A stretch of DNA of 64,000 nucleotides from a virus (Duplodnaviria; Caudoviricetes), in the IMG/VR virus record IMGVR_UViG_3300033121_002300, positions 18,084-82,083 of that record; one strand, given 5' to 3'. Position numbers and translations under genes: made by a program. This document shows positions 48,595 through 57,160 of the stretch, one piece after another. Under the pieces are notes generated by a model. The model was given only the letters and a program-made list of their open reading frames with translations. It was not told the origin of the DNA and did not search any database. Each line of letters opens with the position of its first letter. The first letter of the stretch is position 1.

Positions 48595-50235
48595 ATGCAA
48601 ACTCCGGCAGAAAAAGGACCAGCCAATAATACTTTAAAAGTATTAACAGCTCTGAATCAATTCGATGATGAAAATAAGGAAATCGAATATCTTCTAAAAA
48701 GCGATCTTGCTGAAGCAATGGTTTTACTTAAAGGTAAAGTAATCTCTTATACCGATTACCCTATTCAAAAAGAAGTAATGAATTGCGACTCACATGAAAT
48801 TCTTTATTTTGGCGGAAGACAAATTAGTAAATCAACACTAGAGGGGGTTGATATAATAATTGATTGTATTTTACATGAATGGCTTTCTACTTTATACGTT
48901 GCCCCTGAATTAAATCAAGTAAAAGAATTTTCCACAATGAAGCTGAAGGCTATAATAGAAAAGTCACCTCAAGTTCAGGAATATATAGATTCAAGTTGCC
49001 TTACAAATGTATTTGAAAAGAGCTTCACAACAAATTCCCGTGTTGTTTTAAGGGCTATTAGCCAGGAAATAAGAGGTATAGAGGCAATGAAGATCAGAGA
49101 AGATGAAATACAAGATGCCACTATTGACGAGCTTAGATTAATTGAAATAGTTTTAGACGGTCAAAAGGAGTGGTGGAAATTTAGAGCAGGAACAGCTAAA
49201 ACATTAAATAACCCCATTGAGTACTATAGAAAACGTTCAAAGCAAATGGTCCCAGTTCTAAAATGCCCTGAATGTAGTTATCATAACATTCCAAGTCTTG
49301 ATAATATAAAACCAGATGGACTTAAGTGTAAAAAATGCAAGGGAGCTTTTCTAAGCGTAAGACAACCGTATCTTACAATGCAATGTATAGCAAATAAAGA
49401 TAATGATGCAGTATCTTTTTGGGTTCCACAAATCGCACTTCCCCTTCACGTTGAAGATAAAACGAAATGGCGTGAAGTTTATCGAAAATTTACAGAATAT
49501 CCAACAGAACAATTCTTAAATGAAGTTATGGGAATCTCTGCCGGTTCAGCTTACGGTTTAATAACCGAAGAGGATTTAGTTAAATGCTGTAAAAATAATA
49601 ATGGAATTGATTCATTTGAAATCAAGGAAAATCTACCAACAAATTTAGGGTTTAATTTATATATGGGAATAGATTGGGGATTAACTCAATTTGTTTCATT
49701 TACAGTTGTAAGCATATGTGGATATAATCCATTAACAAAAAGATTCACCGTTATTTACATGGAAATGGTTTTAAATCCAGATCCGGATTATCAGGTTGAA
49801 CGATGCTTTCATCTCGCTAGGAAATTCGGAGTATCAGTAGTAATACCAGATGCCGGTAGCGGATTCGATAGAAACTTCGAGCTAAAAAAAATGCTCTCAA
49901 TATTTAAAGTTCCGGTATATCCTATGTATAACGTTAAACAAAAGGAAGTTATAAGATGGGATGAAGTTGAAGAAAACTATAAAATTGATAGAACAAAAAG
50001 CTTGACGGATACATTTAAAGCTATCAGGAAAACAAAGATACATTTTTTTAGCTGGGATAGATTTAAGTATTTTGCACCACATTTTTTAGCAGAATACATT
50101 GAATGGGGTAAAGACAAAAATGGAAATCCAACCGTAAAATACGACCACGATCCTGATAATCCAGATGATTCATTACACTCAGTAAATGTCGTTAGAACTT
50201 ATTTAAAGCATATCATGCCAGCAAATACAGTTTAG
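48595..50235 (+). CDS. terL: Terminase large subunit
   Basis: Walker A GGRQISKS, Walker B IREDEIQD, RNase H-like YMGIDWG, C-terminal PDDSLHS; CPEC/CKKC ribbon. Confidence 0.9.
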   Translation: MQTPAEKGPANNTLKVLTALNQFDDENKEIEYLLKSDLAEAMVLLKGKVISYTDYPIQKEVMNCDSHEILYFGGRQISKSTLEGVDIIIDCILHEWLSTLYVAPELNQVKEFSTMKLKAIIEKSPQVQEYIDSSCLTNVFEKSFTTNSRVVLRAISQEIRGIEAMKIREDEIQDATIDELRLIEIVLDGQKEWWKFRAGTAKTLNNPIEYYRKRSKQMVPVLKCPECSYHNIPSLDNIKPDGLKCKKCKGAFLSVRQPYLTMQCIANKDNDAVSFWVPQIALPLHVEDKTKWREVYRKFTEYPTEQFLNEVMGISAGSAYGLITEEDLVKCCKNNNGIDSFEIKENLPTNLGFNLYMGIDWGLTQFVSFTVVSICGYNPLTKRFTVIYMEMVLNPDPDYQVERCFHLARKFGVSVVIPDAGSGFDRNFELKKMLSIFKVPVYPMYNVKQKEVIRWDEVEENYKIDRTKSLTDTFKAIRKTKIHFFSWDRFKYFAPHFLAEYIEWGKDKNGNPTVKYDHDPDNPDDSLHSVNVVRTYLKHIMPANTV

Positions 50236-50489
50236 ATGTGCTTACCCAAAAAATTTAAAAGACTTCTTTTATAACCTGACATTATTACAGGTTGGTTAGG
50301 GATGGTTTTATGTTCAGTGACATAATTTGTAAAGTTTTTAACTATTTGAGACGCAGAGTTCACATTACTAGCACCAGGCAACACAACATCATGACTTTTT
50401 AAATATTCTTTAGCTGCTTTTTGACTTTCTTCAGTAGCCTCTTTTCTAAAAGTATCCACAATGGCTAAATTAATTAATTCCTCTAACAT
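50232..50489 (-). CDS. Small leader-bearing protein
   Basis: MLEELINLAIVDTFRKEAT; RBS aggaaagga. Confidence 0.55.
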   Translation of the reverse strand: MLEELINLAIVDTFRKEATEESQKAAKEYLKSHDVVLPGASNVNSASQIVKNFTNYVTEHKTIPNQPVIMSGYKRSLLNFLGKHI

Positions 50490-50505
50490 TTTCCTTTCCT
50501 TTGCT

Positions 50506-50607
50506 TTAAATTAATTCCCAAAAATTTTCATCAACAATTTTTGATATTTCTCTTGGTAAATCCTCTTGATTGTCCGCTAATTTAATAAAAAAATCAAATA
50601 AGCTCAT
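50506..50607 (-). CDS. 33-aa microprotein with KxA leader (not in ORF track)
   Basis: MSLFDFFIKLADNQEDLPREISKIVDENFWELI fills the gap between the 50611 and 50232 ORFs exactly. Confidence 0.6.
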   Translation of the reverse strand: MSLFDFFIKLADNQEDLPREISKIVDENFWELI

Positions 50608-50610
50608 AAG

Positions 50611-52044
50611 TTAAGAACACTCCAAAGATAATATCAAACAAATTTTAGGATTAACAACATCATATTTCAGAATATCTTCTTTGGTTATAATAACCTTTAT
50701 GTAAAGATCTTCCATCTCGTTAATTGTTTTATTTCTCCAATCACTAAAATCAGTGAATGAGTTAATATCATCCTGATAACTAAATGATATAAGTTGATAA
50801 TTTTGGTTTCCGAAAAAATCTTGAATTCTATACTCTTTCTTTATAGTATTAGCTGGAATTCTGAATAGAAGAGTGGAATCATTGACACTTAAGATATTAC
50901 TCTTATACAAATTCATTCCAGAGATAAAATAAACAAAATTGCCATCAATTAATATATCATCTATATTTTCAAACTCATTAGGAAAACTTGAACCTGCTTC
51001 TTTTTTTCTGCCAAAATAAATCAATACATTTTTTAAATCTTCAGATAAAACTGAAATATGGCCACTTTCATCACCAGTTATTATCCTATTACCAGACACA
51101 TCAAAACTCTGAGGATTCTTAATCGAATCATATTGATTATCTTGAATATTGTTTTTAGTCATATAAATAGTAGCCGGCAACTCATTTTCGCTTAATTGTA
51201 ATATACCAAATTCTTTTTTTGTATTTAAAATAACTGATAATTTATCTCCGGGCAATATTTTTAATCTTGTTACATCAGATGTTTCAGATAACAATAAAGA
51301 TCCTTTATTCACTGAGTTAATATCAACAACCTGACGAGGGTATGAAATTATTTTTGTTTTAGCAATATCAATAGTGTTATCTGTTTTAAGAACAATTTTT
51401 TTAATGAAACCCACCTCAGAATTATCAGCATTTCCGGTACACGAAACATATATCTCAAAAAAAGATTCATTTGAACTTAATGTTTTAAAAATTCCGGATA
51501 CAGCAATTGGGCCATCTAAATCAGAGTCATTATTGCCAGCGACATCTAAAGTTCCAATTGTAACAACAAACGACCAAACTCCATCTGTATATTTATAAAC
51601 TTGGATGACATGATTTAAATCCTGAACAACAAATAAATAACTTCCAACTATACCAGATAAACTAAATGTAATAACTTCAATATCCTTAGGATCAATGTAA
51701 CCATCGAGATTAGCCCCACCCGGAACTACATACTTAAAAGGAATATCTCCTATAAGAGAAAAACCTGATGAGTAATGCTTAATAGCACCTCCATCAACCA
51801 TGACAAGAAAAGTCCCGTCATGCATTTTTTTTATTCTTTTTATTAAAGTATTCGTTCCTAATAATAAGGAAATATTTTCGATATTATGCTCAGAAATATT
51901 TCCGCTTACAAAAAATGAACTATTAACAGAAAGTTCTGCCGGAATATCAAAAGTTATACTGTCCAAAATTTTTTTCATTTCATTTGAAGTTGAATTTTGG
52001 AATTTTTTTTCAGAAATCATATCTGATACTATCTGCTTAAACAT
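50611..52044 (-). CDS. NHL/beta-propeller-like structural protein, paralogue B
   Basis: LDGPIAVS, IKNPQSFDV, FENIDDILI repeats; architecture and size match the 27151 ORF. Confidence 0.6.
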   Translation of the reverse strand: MFKQIVSDMISEKKFQNSTSNEMKKILDSITFDIPAELSVNSSFFVSGNISEHNIENISLLLGTNTLIKRIKKMHDGTFLVMVDGGAIKHYSSGFSLIGDIPFKYVVPGGANLDGYIDPKDIEVITFSLSGIVGSYLFVVQDLNHVIQVYKYTDGVWSFVVTIGTLDVAGNNDSDLDGPIAVSGIFKTLSSNESFFEIYVSCTGNADNSEVGFIKKIVLKTDNTIDIAKTKIISYPRQVVDINSVNKGSLLLSETSDVTRLKILPGDKLSVILNTKKEFGILQLSENELPATIYMTKNNIQDNQYDSIKNPQSFDVSGNRIITGDESGHISVLSEDLKNVLIYFGRKKEAGSSFPNEFENIDDILIDGNFVYFISGMNLYKSNILSVNDSTLLFRIPANTIKKEYRIQDFFGNQNYQLISFSYQDDINSFTDFSDWRNKTINEMEDLYIKVIITKEDILKYDVVNPKICLILSLECS

Positions 52045-52049
52045 TTTTT

Positions 52050-53120
52050 TTATTCCATTGGTGAAACTATAATATTAAAATCTTCATTAGCCGTCTTGGT
52101 TTTAGAGTAATCAATATTCCTACCCCACAACTCAGATGTATTTCCATTGTAATTCCAAGTATCAAAATGAGTAAAACCCATTTTAGAAGCCATCTTAAGC
52201 ATAGGGTAATTATCATGACAAACCTGCATCCATACTGGCTCTTCAGGTTGAAGAATAGACTCAATTATTTTCCTAGACAAACCTTCACCCCTATGTTCAG
52301 GTGAGGTATAAACAATTCTTATATATTTTATTTTAGGCTGACCAGGACGAATTTCTCTAAATCCATAATTAATAAACCCTTTTAAATCTCTTAAGTCTCC
52401 ATCAATTAATGTATTTTGACCGTACATCCTATCAACCAACATTTTATAATCTTTAGGAGTTGTAATTAAAAACTTATCTTTAAGAAAATTACAAATATCA
52501 ATTAAATAAGGTATTTCAAATATATCAGCATCTCTTAGATTTACAGAGCTTAAGTTATTCAAATCTTCTAAACCATGTCTTCTTCTTATTAATGCATCCA
52601 ATTTATTATTCCAATATCCATCATCATTAATACTCGGACTCGGCAAATTATCTTCACTACCTTTTTTTCTTAACTCTTTTAGGAAACCTGTTTGCTTTGG
52701 TGGGGTGAAAATTTTCTGAAGACTCTTTTGTTCAGCTAAACCTTCCATTGCCACATCTTGTTCTTTACTACCACCTAATCCGGTTAAATTTAAACCTAAT
52801 GATGCCATACCGATAGGTAGCTGAACTTTGTTAAACCCAAAATCCATTGCCTTGTCAAATGTTTTTAATCCACTTTGAATAGGCTTAGGTAAAGATTTAA
52901 TTTTGTTTGTGAATTTATTTTCTATACCGGTAACAGCTTGACCCAAACCAAAAGTATTATTTTTTTTAATATGCTTAAAAGCCATGCCACCTATATCCCG
53001 TGTTAATCCATAATAATTAACAACATCAGGAATAAATCCTTGGTTAACTAACTTATCAGCTTTACCAACAACTTTACCTAGAATATTTGCAGTTTTTATT
53101 TTAGAATCAAGAGAGGCCAT
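52050..53120 (-). CDS. Leader-bearing virion protein with GNAT acetyltransferase domain
   Basis: Leader MASLDSKIKTAN; acetyl-CoA motif VYTSPEHRGEGLSRKII and NYPMLKMASKMGF. Confidence 0.75.
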   Translation of the reverse strand: MASLDSKIKTANILGKVVGKADKLVNQGFIPDVVNYYGLTRDIGGMAFKHIKKNNTFGLGQAVTGIENKFTNKIKSLPKPIQSGLKTFDKAMDFGFNKVQLPIGMASLGLNLTGLGGSKEQDVAMEGLAEQKSLQKIFTPPKQTGFLKELRKKGSEDNLPSPSINDDGYWNNKLDALIRRRHGLEDLNNLSSVNLRDADIFEIPYLIDICNFLKDKFLITTPKDYKMLVDRMYGQNTLIDGDLRDLKGFINYGFREIRPGQPKIKYIRIVYTSPEHRGEGLSRKIIESILQPEEPVWMQVCHDNYPMLKMASKMGFTHFDTWNYNGNTSELWGRNIDYSKTKTANEDFNIIVSPME

Positions 53121-54471
53121 ATTTATTTTTTACCTCTTTTATAAAAGCTTCTCTGTAAGGATCTGAATAATGATCAACAAGCATCATCCGTCCCGCTGTC
53201 CCAATAAGACTTCCTACAGCAGCTCCACCAACAACTCCAGGTACCCCTCCTTTTATTTTGTGTCCCAAAACCATTCCAGCGGCAGTAGCCAGTGTAGGAA
53301 CAACGTCAACGTACTGATGTTTAAATGTAACAGCCGATTCTATATTTTTGGGAAAATTTTTCTTTTCAAGAATAGGAACACCCGTTTCTGAAATATATTC
53401 TTGAGTAACAGGAGTATCACTTGATTCTTTTTTTAAATATTTAGAGTCAACTGTTTCTACAAATTTTTCCATATAAGGATGGGAATACTTTCTCTCTAGC
53501 TCTCTTTTAGCTATAGAACCTCCGGCAGCGCCTAAAAAGCCATGCAACATTGCATCATTTAAAGTTGGAGACATTTTTCTTATCCCTTTCTTTATAACTC
53601 CACCGGCAATTATCCCAGACAAACCAGAAACCAATGGGAGATATTTTAAAGCAGGATGTTCCATTTGAACAGCATCTTCTATATCATCAGGAACTGTATG
53701 ACCAGGCAAAGGCTGAACATTTGTATCAGAAATAAAAGCATGTTCTTCTGAGCCATATTTGTACATAGAATAAGGATCTTGGTAAACCTGCTGATTTCCT
53801 CTGTTAGTAATCTTTGAAGCTAATCCACCGGCAACCGCTCCAACACCTCCCATTATTCCAATAGGAATAGCGGAAACTGGAATCTTTTTAAAAGCTTTTT
53901 GAAAAAGCGATAACTTATCCGGGTGCTTTGTAAATACTGAAGGATCAGTAAATAATGAAATAGGGGCTTTCATTAAAGCTTTTGATGTTACTTTTTTTGT
54001 CAAAGGGGCCCATTTTTCATAACCTGAAAATCCAGCCTTACTTGCACCCTCAGTTATTTTCTTAGATAAATGACGAGCTGCAAGCTCGGAACCTATAGCA
54101 GCTATTCCCGCTCCACTTGCGACTCCAGCCGCTCCACCTACTAACATTCCAGGCGTAACAGAATCATCTGCATATTTTTGTATAGTATTTGAATTCATGC
54201 CAGTATTAAGAACGCTTAAATCTGAAACATTTGAAAATAACCTCATTGCTGTAGACCTAACCCTATCATCACCCAAATCAGACATACCATGAATATCTTG
54301 AGAAAAAGCAGAGTCATAATCTATCGGAGTTATATTCGCACTAATACGAGCCTTTTCCCTAGTGGGAAATTTTCCCAACAGATCAACATTATCAGTCGGA
54401 TATTTTCTTTCCGGCGATAAATATTTTCCAAAAAAATTATTCTTTTGACTACGTAATCCCATAGCTATCAT
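53107..54471 (-). CDS. Multi-Gly-zipper membrane-like virion protein with tandem C-terminal repeat
   Basis: At least five Gly/Ala-rich helices; two units ending YSHPYMEKFV and YSDPYREAFI. Confidence 0.6.
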   Translation of the reverse strand: MIAMGLRSQKNNFFGKYLSPERKYPTDNVDLLGKFPTREKARISANITPIDYDSAFSQDIHGMSDLGDDRVRSTAMRLFSNVSDLSVLNTGMNSNTIQKYADDSVTPGMLVGGAAGVASGAGIAAIGSELAARHLSKKITEGASKAGFSGYEKWAPLTKKVTSKALMKAPISLFTDPSVFTKHPDKLSLFQKAFKKIPVSAIPIGIMGGVGAVAGGLASKITNRGNQQVYQDPYSMYKYGSEEHAFISDTNVQPLPGHTVPDDIEDAVQMEHPALKYLPLVSGLSGIIAGGVIKKGIRKMSPTLNDAMLHGFLGAAGGSIAKRELERKYSHPYMEKFVETVDSKYLKKESSDTPVTQEYISETGVPILEKKNFPKNIESAVTFKHQYVDVVPTLATAAGMVLGHKIKGGVPGVVGGAAVGSLIGTAGRMMLVDHYSDPYREAFIKEVKNKYGLS

Positions 54472-54536
54472 TTTATCATAAAAAAAGAGTCGCTTACAAT
54501 ATTTAATAGTTGGTTAATTTCAAGTTATTTTATGTG

Positions 54537-54548
54537 ATAAGTATTTAG
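54537..54548 (+). promoter_or_regulatory. Repeated promoter-like motif ATAAGTAYTTA, copy 3
   Basis: tgtgataagtatttag at the start of the + strand accessory cassette. Confidence 0.5.
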
Positions 54549-54684
54549 AATTTATTTTTAGATATTTGTATTATTTTTGGTAATGAAAGGAGGTGAGAAT
54601 AATTCTAAAGGTATCAAGAGCAGCTATAAAATTACTAGAACTGCTTTTAAAAGCAAAAAAATTTTAATTAAAAGGAGGTAGAAT

Positions 54685-54840
54685 TTGTTGGGAAAAATCA
54701 TTTTGTCATTCCTTGCTGGAATGACAAGTTATAAATTTAAAGACCCAATCTTAAAGATTGGGAAAGAAGCCGGTAAAAAAGTAAAACAAGAATTAAATGA
54801 TTACTTTATGGAGGATAAAAATGCTCCAGGAAGTAATTAG
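54685..54840 (+). CDS. 51-aa microprotein (not in ORF track)
   Basis: Strong RBS aaaggaggt + TTG; MLGKIILSFLAGMTSYKFKDPILKIGKEAGKKVKQELNDYFMEDKNAPGSN. Confidence 0.55.
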   Translation: MLGKIILSFLAGMTSYKFKDPILKIGKEAGKKVKQELNDYFMEDKNAPGSN

Positions 54841-55078
54841 AATAAATCAGGAGCGGGAAACTCCGGAAAGTAAAAGCGGAGTAATCAGGTCATTGAGCTG
54901 TGACCAGACTTATATTCCGTTTACTTTTTGCCTACTTTCAAACGACATTGAAAGTAGAAAGCCTAGAGGAATTTGCCATCAGGAGATGGTAACTTTAGGA
55001 AAAATCATCCACTCTCAAATCGGAGGGTGGAAAAAAAACATTAACTACAATTACAGCGTGCCTGAAAGAAAAAGTTAG
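54821..55078 (+). CDS. Hypothetical protein (start reassigned from 54797 to ATG 54821)
   Basis: RBS ggagg 8 nt upstream of ATG 54821; followed by a terminator. Confidence 0.45.
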   Translation: MLQEVIRINQERETPESKSGVIRSLSCDQTYIPFTFCLLSNDIESRKPRGICHQEMVTLGKIIHSQIGGWKKNINYNYSVPERKS

Positions 55079-55120
55079 GCACAAAAAAAAATAAACAAAA
55101 AATATAAAAAAAGAAGATTC

Positions 55121-55142
55121 AAGCCCCGATAAGGGGCTTTTT
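55121..55142 (+). terminator. Intrinsic terminator
   Basis: aagcccc-gataa-ggggctt followed by a T-run. Confidence 0.7.
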
Positions 55143-55167
55143 AATTATATAAAAAAGGAGAATAAAA

Positions 55168-56142
55168 ATGCAAACAATGATAAAAGAACAAATTAAAAAA
55201 AATGATATAATCGCAAATTTCAAAGAATTCTGGAGTAAATATTCCAGGTTCTTACCAGGATTCGATATAAAGGAAGTCTTTGAACTCCCTTCCAAGGAAG
55301 AACTAATTCGGGTAAGGGTACCCGGAAAAACAACAACTATTTTCTACCCTAGCTTGGGTGGGAAATTCTTCAAAGATTTTCTGAAGGTGGATGAAGAAAG
55401 ATTACCTGAGATGGTTTTTTCTGATTTACTTCAGGTATCTTTCAGTAACATGAATGATATCACTTTATATCACTGGAGAAATCCTGAGTTTAAAAAACAA
55501 CTCAGGAGCTTAATGATTCGAAAATGCGAGGCTGCATTTCCAGAGTTTAAAGAGGTGTGTAAAAGATTAGACATCCCATTAAATAAAGCGATAATAAAAT
55601 TATCGCATGATAAAGAAAAATTCCTGAATGAGTATGAAAATACTCATGATAACTTTAAATCGAATTTAATGAATTTTGAACTTAAAACAGTTCAAGATCA
55701 AAATAAAGAAAATTGTATGCTGTTTGCATACAATTTTCCGGACAGACCGAATTTGAATAACATATTCCTTTTCACTGAAAAAGACAATAAAGAGGAATTC
55801 AAATTTTCTTCGGAAATGGAATCAATAAAAAGCAACTTTGATGAGATAAAAGAAGTAAAAGAAATATCTCACGATATTGCTTTAAATGAAATATTAGAAA
55901 ATGTTTCTGAAAAAATGTTTGAATTGTACTTCGTTGATGATCTTAGCCTTTCACCGCAGAATGTAGGTGAGGTGTTGGACATGCCGGTATCTCCAAGAAA
56001 ATTATATTTCTCAGTTGAGGAAAACATCCTCAATGTGGTAGAATATGATAAAATATTCCTAGAAGATATATTTGAACTTACTTATGGGTTCACATATGTC
56101 CCAGCTAATGAGGCGTGCTTATTAAAAGCAGAAGGGGAATAA
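55168..56142 (+). CDS. Hypothetical protein
   Basis: 324-aa ORF, RBS aaggag. Confidence 0.6.
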   Translation: MQTMIKEQIKKNDIIANFKEFWSKYSRFLPGFDIKEVFELPSKEELIRVRVPGKTTTIFYPSLGGKFFKDFLKVDEERLPEMVFSDLLQVSFSNMNDITLYHWRNPEFKKQLRSLMIRKCEAAFPEFKEVCKRLDIPLNKAIIKLSHDKEKFLNEYENTHDNFKSNLMNFELKTVQDQNKENCMLFAYNFPDRPNLNNIFLFTEKDNKEEFKFSSEMESIKSNFDEIKEVKEISHDIALNEILENVSEKMFELYFVDDLSLSPQNVGEVLDMPVSPRKLYFSVEENILNVVEYDKIFLEDIFELTYGFTYVPANEACLLKAEGE

Positions 56143-56143
56143 A

Positions 56144-56320
56144 ATGATAAAAAATGCTAGAATTGATGAAGATGAAAAAACTTTATCCGAAGATTTAAGC
56201 TATTTAAAAAAATATTCTGAAAAAGGTCTTTTATCTGAGAAGCCTAAAAATGGAATAACTCCAGTTAGAACAGAAAAGGTAAAACCTTTTTCTATTGCAG
56301 ATTTAAATCCCAATAACTAG
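56144..56320 (+). CDS. 58-aa hypothetical protein (not in ORF track)
   Basis: MIKNARIDEDEKTLSEDLSYLKKYSEKG...; RBS aagggg; directly precedes a terminator. Confidence 0.55.
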   Translation: MIKNARIDEDEKTLSEDLSYLKKYSEKGLLSEKPKNGITPVRTEKVKPFSIADLNPNN

Positions 56321-56327
56321 CGTTTTC

Positions 56328-56366
56328 AGACCGGTTCATGCCCGGTCTTTTTTTTAGCTTATTCAA
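56328..56366 (+). terminator. Intrinsic terminator with conserved tail T-run + AGCTTATTCAA
   Basis: agaccgg-ttcatgc-ccggtct hairpin, T-run, agcttattcaa. Confidence 0.75.
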
Positions 56367-56950
56367 TGTTCTAAATAAAATTTCAAAAAAACTGAAATAG
56401 CTGTTCCGCATATACCTGTTGCAAAACCTATCAATGCGGTTATTAATTGTGTTTTTCTTTTATTTGACCTTTCAAGATTTTTTCTTTCAGCATCATTAAT
56501 ATCCATGGCAATTATTATTTCCTTAAGTCTCCTGAATTCAGCAGGGGTTAAATGATTACTTATGGAATACTGAAATTTATCCATTTGCTCTAATTTCTTT
56601 TTACAGTGCTCAAGTTCTACTTCTATTTTATCAAGAGGAGAGCTATTAAATTCATTAATAATATATTCAGTTGATTTAACAAGATCTAACATTTTCGCAT
56701 CAATTTCCATTAATCTACTGTTAAACTCTGATGAAATTAAATCTTTAGTATTAGATGACATAAGACTCTTTAAATTCGCTTTAACATCATTTTGCCAATC
56801 TTTTATTTTAATTAAAGACGACTCAAGCGAAAGAACTCTTTTTTCAATAGAAGTATGAACGCTATCTAATATTTTTAAAACAGTGTCTAAGCTTTTACCT
56901 ATTGCATCAACATCCTTTTGACTTAAGTGGCCTTTTTCTTCCTCTAACAT
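56363..56950 (-). CDS. Coiled-coil protein with C-terminal TM helix (holin/lysis-accessory-like)
   Basis: Heptad-rich body, C-terminal LITALIGFATGICGTAISVFL. Confidence 0.5.
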   Translation of the reverse strand: MLEEEKGHLSQKDVDAIGKSLDTVLKILDSVHTSIEKRVLSLESSLIKIKDWQNDVKANLKSLMSSNTKDLISSEFNSRLMEIDAKMLDLVKSTEYIINEFNSSPLDKIEVELEHCKKKLEQMDKFQYSISNHLTPAEFRRLKEIIIAMDINDAERKNLERSNKRKTQLITALIGFATGICGTAISVFLKFYLEH

Positions 56951-56968
56951 GAAACACCTCTGCTGTAA

Positions 56969-57160
56969 TTATTGTATTTTATACCTATCTTTATAAGGGG
57001 CTATTATTTGCTGTAATTCTTTTGATAGGCGAACTTGTGAAGTTTCAGTTAAACTCATCACGGTATTCATTGTGACTTCCTTCAGGTTCTCAACAGCTCT
57101 TTTAGAGATCACTGAATTGAAATTCCCATCTTTAATTTTGTTAATAGCAGATAATCCCAT
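56969..57160 (-). CDS. Small hypothetical protein
   Basis: 63 aa, RBS aggag. Confidence 0.5.
   Translation of the reverse strand: MGLSAINKIKDGNFNSVISKRAVENLKEVTMNTVMSLTETSQVRLSKELQQIIAPYKDRYKIQ

Noticed and set aside
54463-54482. Broken leader upstream of the 53107-54471 ORF (ATG ATA AAA TGA overlapping ATG ATA GCT)
   Set aside because: Only four A, no slippery heptamer, and a shift would not give a K-x-A leader
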